From Acinetobacter phage Ac42: a stretch of 24,000 bases of DNA. Below the pieces are notes generated by a model, which saw only the letters and a program-made list of their open reading frames with translations, did no database searches and was not told the DNA's origin. Shown here one piece after another: positions 8,087-16,185 of the stretch. The translations under genes and the position numbers were made by a program. The first letter of the stretch is position 1, and each line of letters begins with the position of its first letter. The stretch lies in the sequence record HM032710.1. One strand, 5' to 3'.

Positions 8087-8311
8087 TTAAAAAGTTGTCG
8101 GTTGTGCTACGCTTCGGGTTAATGCCATCAGGCCTGTTTGGAGATCCGTTTTGCCGATTTCAACCCAACGTTGATCAATACCACCGGCTGATTGGAGCTC
8201 TTCAACCAGTTCGCCTAATTCAGTACCTTTAGCTTTAATTTTGTTCATCAAATCAATCTCGGCTTGAGACAGATCGCGATAGCCTTTAATTTTCTTGTGT
8301 TGATTGTCCAT
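8087..8311 (-). CDS. acb2: Acb2/Tad1 hairpin-domain protein; candidate anti-CBASS cyclic-nucleotide sponge
   Basis: 74 aa MDNQHKKIKGYRDLSQAEIDLMNKIKAKGTELGELVEEL...DQRWVEIGKTDLQTGLMALTRSVAQPTTF; the RW-x-I-x-[KR]TDLQTGLMAL-x-R-x-[VI]A-x-P-x-x-F signature is characteristic of Acb2 proteins and the Tad1 C-terminal region. Confidence 0.92.
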   Translation of the reverse strand: MDNQHKKIKGYRDLSQAEIDLMNKIKAKGTELGELVEELQSAGGIDQRWVEIGKTDLQTGLMALTRSVAQPTTF

Positions 8312-8606
8312 TGTCTTCTACCTTTTCGTATGTGGATTTAAAAATAGCCGGCTTACAAGGATAGAACTCACCTTGTACACCTTTAATGATGTAATCGCCT
8401 ATTGAAGCCGTCATAACACCTTCAAGTGTTTTAATTTGAAGGCCTTTAATTTTAACGATCTCGCAGTACTCACTAAATTTTTCTTGAGAGATAAATGTGG
8501 ACGCACAAACAGAGTGTCCCATAAATTCTAAAGCTTCTTTGATACTTCGTTCTGTACTATCTAGCAGAACAGCTTCAATTACAACAGGCTTCTTTCGATA
8601 AAGCAT
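8286..8606 (-). CDS. conserved phage/prophage protein of unknown function (YRKKPVVIEA...GDYIIKGVQGEFYPCKPAIF)
   Basis: 106 aa from ATG 8606 with GGAGG upstream; overlaps acb2 start by 26 nt. Track start 8678 reads through the repeat and is rejected. Confidence 0.85.
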   Translation of the reverse strand: MLYRKKPVVIEAVLLDSTERSIKEALEFMGHSVCASTFISQEKFSEYCEIVKIKGLQIKTLEGVMTASIGDYIIKGVQGEFYPCKPAIFKSTYEKVEDNGQSTQEN

Positions 8607-8616
8607 TTTTCCTCCA

Positions 8617-8694
8617 AGGATGTCACGAGGACATCCACTCTTTACGTTTATCGGGATCGTTACCAAACAACATTTCAAATTGGTCTTTCCAATT
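8617..8694. repeat. 78-bp direct repeat, copy 2 (within intact gene 39 3' end)
   Basis: See copy 1 at 7963-8040. Confidence 0.92.
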
Positions 8695-10449
8695 ATCAGG
8701 TAAAGAAACTACATCCATAACCGGTTCATTAATAACACGCTCATATTCACTTTCTTCAAGTGAACCAAGCCCTTTAATGTATCGAACTTTATCTTTCAAG
8801 TGTTTTGATTTGTTTAAATCATACTCTTCAGAAGTATAATACCATGTTTGTTTTTTAGTAGATTTGTTCTCACAAATCCATACTGGAGTTTTTACAAACT
8901 TGATTCGACCTTGCTCAAATAACTCAGGCCAATTACTAAAGAACGCAAGCAATGTTGGATAAATCGAACCTGTACCATCGACATCAGCATCGGTCATGAT
9001 TGCAATATTTTTGTAATACGTTTCTTCGGCTTTCTCGCCTAAAGTTAAGCCAGTAATGGCACAAATGTCAAATGCTTCTTGGTTCTTCATGATTTGGGCA
9101 GGTGCGTCACCCCATGTGTTTTTAAACTTACCACGCAATGGATAACCACCATGCAAATCACGATTTCGAGTCGACAATAAGTAACCAATTGCAGAATCGC
9201 CTTCTGTCAAAAATAAAGTTGTATTGGCAGATTGATCACCGTATAAGTTGGCTTTAATATGCTTAGCAACTTTTGCCTTTTGAGCAGCTTTATTCGCTTT
9301 AGTTTCAGCAGCTTTATCAGCAGCTAACTTACGTGCTAAAACAGCTTCAATGATAGGCATTAACACAGTTTCGTTCTTTAAGAACATTCGTGCAAGCTTT
9401 TTGACGTCTAAATTCAAGTGTGACTTCACTTCGCCCATTGGGCTTGTAAGACGTTCCTTTGTCTGTGAATCAAATCGCATATTGACCATATCACGGACGA
9501 ACAACACCATTGTCACACACTCTTTAATACGAGCTTTTGTGATGTCAATTTTATATTTGCGTTTAATTGAATTCATAAGCTCTGATGAAAGTTCATCAAA
9601 GATTACTTCAATATGGTTACCGCCATTTTTAGTGTGAACACCATTTGCAAACGATACATGACGGAATCCATCTGGCGATCGACCTAAAGCTAATGAGAAT
9701 GTGTCGCTTTCAAGAATAATCGGATCTTCTTCAAATTGAGTAACAAACTTTTTAAAGTTACCTTGGAGAATAGTTCCATTAAACGAGATTTTAATTTTTG
9801 GATAAATTACTGCCAAAGTTTGTAATTGATCGTGAATCAAATCAATTTCGTTTTTGCCAATTTCTGTTACACCAAAACGTTCTAAATCTGGCTCAATTGT
9901 TACTGTAGTACCTTTACGAGTACCAACACCAGTTTTCCAATCGACATTAAGCATATTTTCTGAACAGTCGACTTGGATAGTCGTTTTACCATTGCAGGTA
10001 TGTCCAGTAAATTTCTTTGAGAAAATATTGGCTAAAGATGAACCAACGCCGTTTGTACCGATTGTTTTACGTGTTGCGTCATTACCAAAGTTAGATCCGG
10101 CTTTAGTTCGTGTCCAAGCTGCTACTGGACCAGGAATAGTAATGCCTTCAGGGGTAATAACATTGTCTTGAGGAATACCACGACCGTTATCTTTGATAGT
10201 AACCGAAGTCCCAGTAATATCTACTGAAATTTTATTGGCGTATTCGAAATCAGTTCGAATTGCTTCGTCTAAACTATTGTCAATAAGTTCTGAAATAATT
10301 TTGATAAGGCCTGGCACATATTCTACAGTTTTGTATTCGCCGAAAACAAATCGCTCATGTGGCTCAATTACAGTGGACCCAATATACATTGCCGGTTTTT
10401 GTAAGGCATGTTCTCGGTCTGTAAGCATAGTAATTTTATCTTGACTCAT
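8623..10449 (-). CDS. 39: DNA topoisomerase II large subunit, T4 gp39+gp60 unsplit form
   Basis: 608 aa. GHKL motifs ELIDNSLDEA, DNGRGIP, GTNGVGSSLANIFS; TOPRIM LFLTEGDSAIGYL and IMTDADVDGTG. Confidence 0.95.
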   Translation of the reverse strand: MSQDKITMLTDREHALQKPAMYIGSTVIEPHERFVFGEYKTVEYVPGLIKIISELIDNSLDEAIRTDFEYANKISVDITGTSVTIKDNGRGIPQDNVITPEGITIPGPVAAWTRTKAGSNFGNDATRKTIGTNGVGSSLANIFSKKFTGHTCNGKTTIQVDCSENMLNVDWKTGVGTRKGTTVTIEPDLERFGVTEIGKNEIDLIHDQLQTLAVIYPKIKISFNGTILQGNFKKFVTQFEEDPIILESDTFSLALGRSPDGFRHVSFANGVHTKNGGNHIEVIFDELSSELMNSIKRKYKIDITKARIKECVTMVLFVRDMVNMRFDSQTKERLTSPMGEVKSHLNLDVKKLARMFLKNETVLMPIIEAVLARKLAADKAAETKANKAAQKAKVAKHIKANLYGDQSANTTLFLTEGDSAIGYLLSTRNRDLHGGYPLRGKFKNTWGDAPAQIMKNQEAFDICAITGLTLGEKAEETYYKNIAIMTDADVDGTGSIYPTLLAFFSNWPELFEQGRIKFVKTPVWICENKSTKKQTWYYTSEEYDLNKSKHLKDKVRYIKGLGSLEESEYERVINEPVMDVVSLPDNWKDQFEMLFGNDPDKRKEWMSS

Positions 10450-10477
10450 AATGACTCCAAGTGTTTGGGATAAAAGA

Positions 10478-10500
10478 ATAATATCATAATTTATTAAAGC
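10478..10500 (-). promoter_or_regulatory. candidate MotA-dependent middle promoter for gene 39
   Basis: Minus strand TTTGCTTTA (matches WWTGCTTYA MotA box), 11 nt, TATTAT. Confidence 0.4.
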
Positions 10501-10502
10501 AA

Positions 10503-10522
10503 AAAGGGACCGAAGTCCCTTT
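10503..10522 (-). terminator. Rho-independent terminator after endolysin gene
   Basis: Minus strand AAAGGGAC-TTCG-GTCCCTTTTTGC, UUCG tetraloop. Confidence 0.85.
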
Positions 10523-10524
10523 TA

Positions 10525-11058
10525 TTATTTTACGTGATCAATAATTGCTTTAGCAACCGCTTTAGCAACAAGCCATTTCTTTTCGTCCCAAACTTTTAAT
10601 TCGTTTGGATTGGAAATGAAGAATAGTTCAATGATTAAGCCGCCATTACGAACATAGCCTAAGCGAGAGTGTTGACCAGAACCTTCAGATTTCCAGCCAC
10701 CATCTGCACCGCGTACAGCAATTCCCATAGTTTCTGAAATAGCTTTACAAATAGCTTTAGCGATGGCTTTATCCTTGTCTTGAGCTAGAACTTCTGTGCC
10801 ACCCGCTGTTGGTTTACTAAATGCGTTACAATGAAACTCAACCGCAAGTTTTGAACCTTTAATAAGTCGAATAGCTTCGCTTAGTGTTTGGTTTTCTTTA
10901 CGATCATCACCATCAGTACGCACAGTAAGGCCTTCTCTTTCGAGATAGACCTTAACCATTTCGCGCATATCGACAGCAATGTCTGATTCGCGTCGTCCAA
11001 ATGCACAAGCACCTGGGTCTGAATTAGAATGTCCTGCTGTTACAGTTACAATAGTCAT
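10525..11058 (-). CDS. N-acetylmuramoyl-L-alanine amidase (Amidase_3-like) endolysin
   Basis: 177 aa. TVTAGHSNSDPGAC, AVEFHCNAFSKPTAGGTEVL, LIIELFFISNPNE fit Zn-amidase motifs. Confidence 0.9.
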   Translation of the reverse strand: MTIVTVTAGHSNSDPGACAFGRRESDIAVDMREMVKVYLEREGLTVRTDGDDRKENQTLSEAIRLIKGSKLAVEFHCNAFSKPTAGGTEVLAQDKDKAIAKAICKAISETMGIAVRGADGGWKSEGSGQHSRLGYVRNGGLIIELFFISNPNELKVWDEKKWLVAKAVAKAIIDHVK

Positions 11059-11080
11059 AAATTTCTTCCGTTAAAGAAAT

Positions 11081-11088
11081 TATTTATA
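11081..11088 (-). promoter_or_regulatory. T4-type late promoter box TATAAATA
   Basis: Perfect TATAAATA on minus strand 23 nt upstream of the endolysin ATG. Confidence 0.75.
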
Positions 11089-11674
11089 GACTCGTTGAGT
11101 ACTTGTAAAATGATCTATACAAAGGCGTTGTCATGGTATCGTCATGGTGTATATGAGCAAAGAAAATACTTTTCTTTTTGAGCTCAAAAATATGCTTTAC
11201 ATATTCAATAGACCATTCTCGTAAGCTAAGTTCGTCAATATCGACGCGAATCCCGGACCAAACAATAAACAGCTCGATCAATGTTTCTTTAAGCTCTCCG
11301 CGATAGTCGATTGTCTCTACGTGGTCGCCACCTTCAACGATTTTTGCAATTTTGCCAATACACATATCTAATTGATTTTGCAACTGAGTTTTTCGATACA
11401 TTAGTGGCACATCAATAAGAGTACTAACATTTTGCCCAGACCATTTTGACATTTCTTTGGCCAAATCTACATTAAGAGCATTTGAAATCGACAACATACA
11501 CGCTAAAGCATCAGAATAAGAAGACAACATGCGATTTGGAGTTGCAGAATACTTTGTCAAATGATTATGTAAATGAGAAACTCGACGCATTAACGGCAAA
11601 TGATAAACATCAGTATGGTAACGACGATCGTGCATCTCTTGGAAAAATTGTAAATCAAGAATATTAATGTTCAT
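11084..11674 (-). CDS. hypothetical protein; weak MazG-like helical pattern
   Basis: 196 aa; SYSDALACMLSISNALNVDLAKEM resembles the third helix of all-alpha NTP pyrophosphatases only weakly. Confidence 0.75.
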   Translation of the reverse strand: MNINILDLQFFQEMHDRRYHTDVYHLPLMRRVSHLHNHLTKYSATPNRMLSSYSDALACMLSISNALNVDLAKEMSKWSGQNVSTLIDVPLMYRKTQLQNQLDMCIGKIAKIVEGGDHVETIDYRGELKETLIELFIVWSGIRVDIDELSLREWSIEYVKHIFELKKKSIFFAHIHHDDTMTTPLYRSFYKYSTSL

Positions 11675-11675
11675 A

Positions 11676-12167
11676 TTAAGCCGCCATGTGAATTGCCATG
11701 TTTACGCCGAAAGATTCACCGTGTCGAGCAACATTAGCTTGATGTACAAGAGAATCAAGATAAACGTTACCTTGTACGTCGTTAAACAATTTCCATAATG
11801 GACTTCCAACAGGATATGGATTAGCCTTTTTATGTTTGATGTCTTTTGTTGGATAATCATCTAAAGGCTTTGCGACTGCGTCTACTAAATACGGGCCTTT
11901 GGGTTTAGCCAATACTGCAGCTGCCGATGGAGGAACTTCTTTAAAGAATCGAACTTCTGACGCCCAGATACAAGCAAATTCGTTGTAAGTATTGTCAGCG
12001 TAAGTTACACCCATAGCATTGCCTTGTTCAACTGCACGAACAGTAATCAGACCACCAGTAGATAAAATTTCTTGAGCTAAGTTGTAGTTTGCAATATTTG
12101 CATCGATGAAGCCTTTAGAGTCGACGAGTTCGTATGTATGAGATTTCTTAAACATTGTGTTCACCAT
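11676..12167 (-). CDS. hypothetical protein (MVNTMFKKSHTYELVDSKGFIDA...)
   Basis: Start chosen at 12167, overlapping the 12148-12405 gene; the track N-terminal extension duplicates that gene in another frame. Confidence 0.72.
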   Translation of the reverse strand: MVNTMFKKSHTYELVDSKGFIDANIANYNLAQEILSTGGLITVRAVEQGNAMGVTYADNTYNEFACIWASEVRFFKEVPPSAAAVLAKPKGPYLVDAVAKPLDDYPTKDIKHKKANPYPVGSPLWKLFNDVQGNVYLDSLVHQANVARHGESFGVNMAIHMAA

Positions 12168-12405
12168 TTTTGATAAAAGTTGTGCCGTTTGCAGAAATAC
12201 GTTGAGCAGCCACCCAAACTGGATTTGTACCGTCAATAATTTCGAATAGAACTTTATATGTAACTCTATCACAAGAAACATTCAAGTTGAAATCTTTTTC
12301 TATCACTGGGTTTTCGTAGTCATTCATTAGCAAGTTTGTAAAATCTGCTTTTGAAATTTCGATTTGATTCGAAAGAACTGGAAGTTTGATTTGTGACGTT
12401 TTCAT
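12148..12405 (-). CDS. hypothetical protein
   Basis: 85 aa ORF with TTGAGGAA before ATG, directly downstream of the early promoter. Confidence 0.78.
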   Translation of the reverse strand: MKTSQIKLPVLSNQIEISKADFTNLLMNDYENPVIEKDFNLNVSCDRVTYKVLFEIIDGTNPVWVAAQRISANGTTFIKNGEHNV

Positions 12406-12431
12406 ATTAAGTTCCTCAAGTTGATAATGCT

Positions 12432-12460
12432 ATAATACTAAAAAAGGAAGGCATTGTAAA
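12432..12460 (-). promoter_or_regulatory. T4-type early promoter TTTACA-N17-TATTAT
   Basis: Near-identical to 2557-2585 and 21872-21900. Confidence 0.78.
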
Positions 12461-12470
12461 CACCTTCCTT
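12444..12470 (-). terminator. terminator after dexA with early promoter -35 in loop
   Basis: AAGGAAGG-TGTTTACAATG-CCTTCCTTTTTT. Confidence 0.78.
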
Positions 12471-12474
12471 AAAA

Positions 12475-13137
12475 TTATCGAGTTTTAATCGAATTTGGGT
12501 CAGCATCTTCAATAAGCGGCACGTCCGACAGTCCCATTGCATATCGTTGAGCGTAGATCAACATCATAATGTCTTTTGCACAGTCATGAACAGAGTCATG
12601 AGCAACAAAGCCATCTAATGTTCCTTTCTCTAGCGGCACAGTACACATACCTCGTGACATCATTAATGCTTCGACAGCAGTTCGAACATCACGTTGATTC
12701 CAGAATTTAACTGGCTCAACTTCATCCGTATCGTTTGTTTTATATACTTCTTGAAGCATATTCACAAGAATAGGAAAGTCAAATGATTGACCACGACACC
12801 AAGCTTGCGATTTCCACGGGTCAATACCTTGTTCTTTTAGATATTCCAAGAACTCTGTGATCGCAACTTTGACTGTTACGTCTTTATCAGTTGGGACCAA
12901 GTTTTGCTTGGCTTCATCGGATTGTTGCTTCCACCAATTTATAGTACTCGGGCTACGAGATCGTGTCTCGGCTTGAGATCGCAAATCTAACTTCCAACGA
13001 CGACCTTGTTTGACAAGGTCTTTGAAGTTAGGTGGATTTTCTGGATTGTTTTCAAAAACTAAAACTGCTAAGTCAATAGCCATTGCAGTCGGCTTGTTGT
13101 CGAAAGTTTCAAAGTCAATAATAAAATCTTTAACCAT
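12475..13137 (-). CDS. dexA: DexA-like 3'-5' exonuclease A
   Basis: FIIDFETFDNKPTAMAIDLAVLVFENNP, KLDLRSQAETRSRSPSTINWWKQQSDEA, HDCAKDIMML match T4 DexA; gene order matches T4 dexA-dda. Confidence 0.93.
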   Translation of the reverse strand: MVKDFIIDFETFDNKPTAMAIDLAVLVFENNPENPPNFKDLVKQGRRWKLDLRSQAETRSRSPSTINWWKQQSDEAKQNLVPTDKDVTVKVAITEFLEYLKEQGIDPWKSQAWCRGQSFDFPILVNMLQEVYKTNDTDEVEPVKFWNQRDVRTAVEALMMSRGMCTVPLEKGTLDGFVAHDSVHDCAKDIMMLIYAQRYAMGLSDVPLIEDADPNSIKTR

Positions 13138-13396
13138 TATCTTGCTCCAATAATTCATTTAATAAAACGATTTGTGACATTGTATTTTCTGTCATCGGAT
13201 ATGTCACGTTGTGTTCAGTAATTTTGGCCATTACTTGGAATGACTTTGTTACAGGTTTTAGCTTTTTGATAATTGCATCAGCAAAGCCGTGCGAAGTAAT
13301 ATTTTCGTTATTTCGATAGACAATATTTTCACGATCTTTAAATGTTTGAGCATAATCAATAATGTCTTGAACTGCTTCGTACGATACATAATACAT
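13130..13396 (-). CDS. hypothetical protein
   Basis: 88 aa ORF overlapping dexA start. Confidence 0.72.
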   Translation of the reverse strand: MYYVSYEAVQDIIDYAQTFKDRENIVYRNNENITSHGFADAIIKKLKPVTKSFQVMAKITEHNVTYPMTENTMSQIVLLNELLEQDNG

Positions 13397-13632
13397 TATA
13401 CTGTCTCCTTTGCCAATTTAGCAATAAGCTTAACATATCGATCAGAGATTTCGATATTAATAGGTTCGTTCAAATAAAGCGAAATTACACGAACAGGTTC
13501 AGTTTGTTGACTTACATGTTCCCAAGCCATATAGACTTCTGTGTTCTGTACACGACCACGTAAATGATCAGCTTCTAAACGATCTTGCAATAATTTTTTA
13601 ATGGTGAGCGCACCACTTAATGAAACAATCAT
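13396..13632 (-). CDS. hypothetical protein (MIVSLSGALTIKKLLQ...)
   Basis: 78 aa with internal start preceded by TGAGG; overlap with neighbouring starts/stops typical of this operon. Confidence 0.72.
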   Translation of the reverse strand: MIVSLSGALTIKKLLQDRLEADHLRGRVQNTEVYMAWEHVSQQTEPVRVISLYLNEPINIEISDRYVKLIAKLAKETV

Positions 13633-13639
13633 AATGACC

Positions 13640-14968
13640 TCAGATATAGTAAACGTTATGGCGAGCCCGTGTTGCACCTACATACAAAAGCTGCTGCGCC
13701 AACTGTGAGTCTGCCTTGTGAATACAAGGGGTATATAAGAACACATTATCAACTGATGTGCCTTGTGATTTATGAATTGTGCTACATGGCAAAGCTTTGA
13801 CCTTATGGAAGTTGCGTTTAAGCTTCCACCAATCTGCCCAAGCGGCTTTCACTGCACCAGATTTAAACTGTTCAGCTGATTTACCAAGAACAAGATTTAG
13901 TTTATTGATTTCAGCTTCGTCTACAATTACATTAATAGAACCAGTAAGATCTGGATCGTCTAAAGATTGCAAATCAAGCTGCCAATAACGAACCATGTAT
14001 TTGGTAGAACATCCACGTACTGAAATTTCGTCAGATGTTTGGCTACAACAAAGGACTTTTACCATTTCGCCGTTATTAAAAACAATTTCCGAAACTTTTT
14101 TGCCTTCGTAAGTATATGACTTGATTAATGGCTCTTGCATTACTAATACTTCGCCATCAATAAATGGTTCTAGTGTATTGTAAATCTTTTTACGGACAAT
14201 TTTGTTTAAGTCATCAACAGACTTATTCGTAAATGCCAATAGGCGATTCTCAAACAAATCCTCAGGGGTTTTTACAATACTGAAGTATTTTTCCATAAAG
14301 GATTTTACTGATCGCTCTGACGTCAAATTATGCACACCTGCGCCATCTATTACATTTTCGTAAATCCAATTACCGGTTCGGATTGATGTTGCAACATCAA
14401 TAATTGGTGCATTGCTTCGCATTACTTCAGTAAGAGAAACTTGTTCAAATTTTTCGTATGTAAAGAATGGCGACACTTGTCCTTCAAAGGCTCCGGGCTC
14501 TACTGGTCGAATTTGCGCAATATCGCCTAAAGCAATAACGGTACAGCAAAGTGGAATACTTGACATTAAAATTTGAAACAACTTCAAATCATACATCGAA
14601 GCTTCATCACAAATTAGCACTCGACATTCGGACATATCTGGGACATCTTTTTGTTCAAATGTCGTGCTGTCTTCGTAAGTTGTTGGATTAATCTTAAGCA
14701 ACGAATGAATAGTTGAAGCTTCCATTCCGGCATGTTGAGACAATACCTTTTTTGCTTGATGTGTTGGTGCTGCTAAATAAACGCCACGTTCGCCACGTCG
14801 AATAAGTTCTGCAATTAAAAACTTAGTCAAAGTCGTCTTACCTGTACCGGCTGGGCCATTAATAGTTAAATGACGTTTTTCCGCACTAGAACTTGGGACA
14901 GTCTCAATTGCTTTAATGGCTGCAGTATACGCATTCTTTTGCCCTTCGGTCAAATCTTCAAAATTCAT
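13640..14968 (-). CDS. dda: Dda-like SF1 DNA helicase
   Basis: FEDLTEGQKNAYTAAIKAI, NGPAGTGKTTLTKF, AAPTHQAKKVLS, LICDEASMYDLKLF, LTEVMRSNAPIIDVAT, STIHKSQGTSVDNVF, QQLLYVGATRARHNVYYI match T4 Dda. Confidence 0.97.
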   Translation of the reverse strand: MNFEDLTEGQKNAYTAAIKAIETVPSSSAEKRHLTINGPAGTGKTTLTKFLIAELIRRGERGVYLAAPTHQAKKVLSQHAGMEASTIHSLLKINPTTYEDSTTFEQKDVPDMSECRVLICDEASMYDLKLFQILMSSIPLCCTVIALGDIAQIRPVEPGAFEGQVSPFFTYEKFEQVSLTEVMRSNAPIIDVATSIRTGNWIYENVIDGAGVHNLTSERSVKSFMEKYFSIVKTPEDLFENRLLAFTNKSVDDLNKIVRKKIYNTLEPFIDGEVLVMQEPLIKSYTYEGKKVSEIVFNNGEMVKVLCCSQTSDEISVRGCSTKYMVRYWQLDLQSLDDPDLTGSINVIVDEAEINKLNLVLGKSAEQFKSGAVKAAWADWWKLKRNFHKVKALPCSTIHKSQGTSVDNVFLYTPCIHKADSQLAQQLLYVGATRARHNVYYI

Positions 14969-15252
14969 ACAATCTTTACCTTCTTAATAGCAATTGTGTC
15001 AATGATACGCTGATATCGCACACGTTCAAAATCTGGTAAATTATTTGGTGTTCGAATACACTCGGTTTTAAACCATTTTTTAACGTATACAACTTTAGGA
15101 GATAAAATCTCTTCAATATCAGCTTTATGTGTTTCAAGAGCCTGCTTCGCAAGTTGTTCAGAACTAAAACACAAAAAGTTCTTATGTATTAAATCTTCAC
15201 AAACGTGATCGAAGCCATCAGCATCTTTAAAGATTACTGCATAAGCATTCAT
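14965..15252 (-). CDS. hypothetical protein (start MNAYAVIFKD; alternatively 15264)
   Basis: ORF with ATGA overlap to dda. Confidence 0.72.
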   Translation of the reverse strand: MNAYAVIFKDADGFDHVCEDLIHKNFLCFSSEQLAKQALETHKADIEEILSPKVVYVKKWFKTECIRTPNNLPDFERVRYQRIIDTIAIKKVKIV

Positions 15253-15260
15253 ATCAAGCC

Positions 15261-16160
15261 TCATAATTTGTACTTAACCATATTATATGCCGCTGTTTCT
15301 TTAAGCAAATCTACGGTCGAAGCATTTGTTGGTAAACCTACTTTAACACATTGTTTTTGGCGTAAATTTAAGTTTTCAAATTTTTGTACACCAAGAATCG
15401 CATACTTGATATTTGTTGCTTGATTCTCGAGAGCCTTGAGGCCGTTACCACGCTCTACTAAGTTTGTTCTTTGAGCATCGCCAATTTTGTAATCTTTTGT
15501 GTTTACTTTACGATACTTGATTTCACGAGTTTTAAAACCCTTTGTGTGCTTACAAAATAACGCGTAATCTGCATTAAACTTTTTGATTGCAGCTTTGAGT
15601 TTGTTTTTATGTGTATCAATATTTGACTGAATATGCGAGCGTTGAGTTTTTGACTTGCCTTGTTTCTTCGCTTGGTTTAGTTGGAAAGCAAACACGTCAA
15701 TTTGAAGTTCGTGGTGTCGAACCTTTTTAAAACTATTCTCTACCAGAATAAGCTTATTGAAGTATTTTCTAATACCATTTGCTTGAATGACCGGGACTCT
15801 ATTGGTATCAATCTCTAATACCTCTTCGTTGCTCAGTTTCGCCGCCTTTAAGAGTTTAATCTTTTCGTTGATGGTATTTAGACGTTCGATCAATTCGCCC
15901 TCTGTGAACGAACCACGCTCATTATTGATCGCATTAGAAACAGCAATTACGTTACCGTCAATATAGCCTACATTGTTATCAATGCGTTCAAAGCTAAAAG
16001 AGTGTTCAGTGTTTTGATCAAAAGCAATACCAGAGTATTGACAAAACTTTTGTTGCTTTAGATTAGCAAAAGTAATCAAAGACATATCAAATTTGATCTT
16101 ACGTTTACGAGCATTTTCTGATTTAGCTAAGTAGCATGTAAGTATATTGATGTTTGACAT
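15261..16160 (-). CDS. divergent HNH endonuclease-like protein
   Basis: 299 aa. CQYSGIAFD...FSFERIDNNVGYIDGNVIAVSNAINNERGSF follows the HNH 'IDRIDNxxGYxxxNxxxxxxxxN' pattern; basic C-terminal region; AGGAA RBS, own early promoter. Confidence 0.72.
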   Translation of the reverse strand: MSNINILTCYLAKSENARKRKIKFDMSLITFANLKQQKFCQYSGIAFDQNTEHSFSFERIDNNVGYIDGNVIAVSNAINNERGSFTEGELIERLNTINEKIKLLKAAKLSNEEVLEIDTNRVPVIQANGIRKYFNKLILVENSFKKVRHHELQIDVFAFQLNQAKKQGKSKTQRSHIQSNIDTHKNKLKAAIKKFNADYALFCKHTKGFKTREIKYRKVNTKDYKIGDAQRTNLVERGNGLKALENQATNIKYAILGVQKFENLNLRQKQCVKVGLPTNASTVDLLKETAAYNMVKYKL

Positions 16161-16185
16161 AATAAATTCCTCATTCGATAAAATC

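Noticed and set aside
9854-10171. Plus-strand ORF antisense to gene 39 (also 9350-9637, 10193-10444)
   Set aside because: Fully antisense to the strongly supported topoisomerase gene; shadow ORFs with no RBS or family match.
11084-11674. Assignment as MazG-type NTP pyrophosphohydrolase
   Set aside because: Only one helix pattern is suggestive and the EExxE metal motif is not evident; left as hypothetical.
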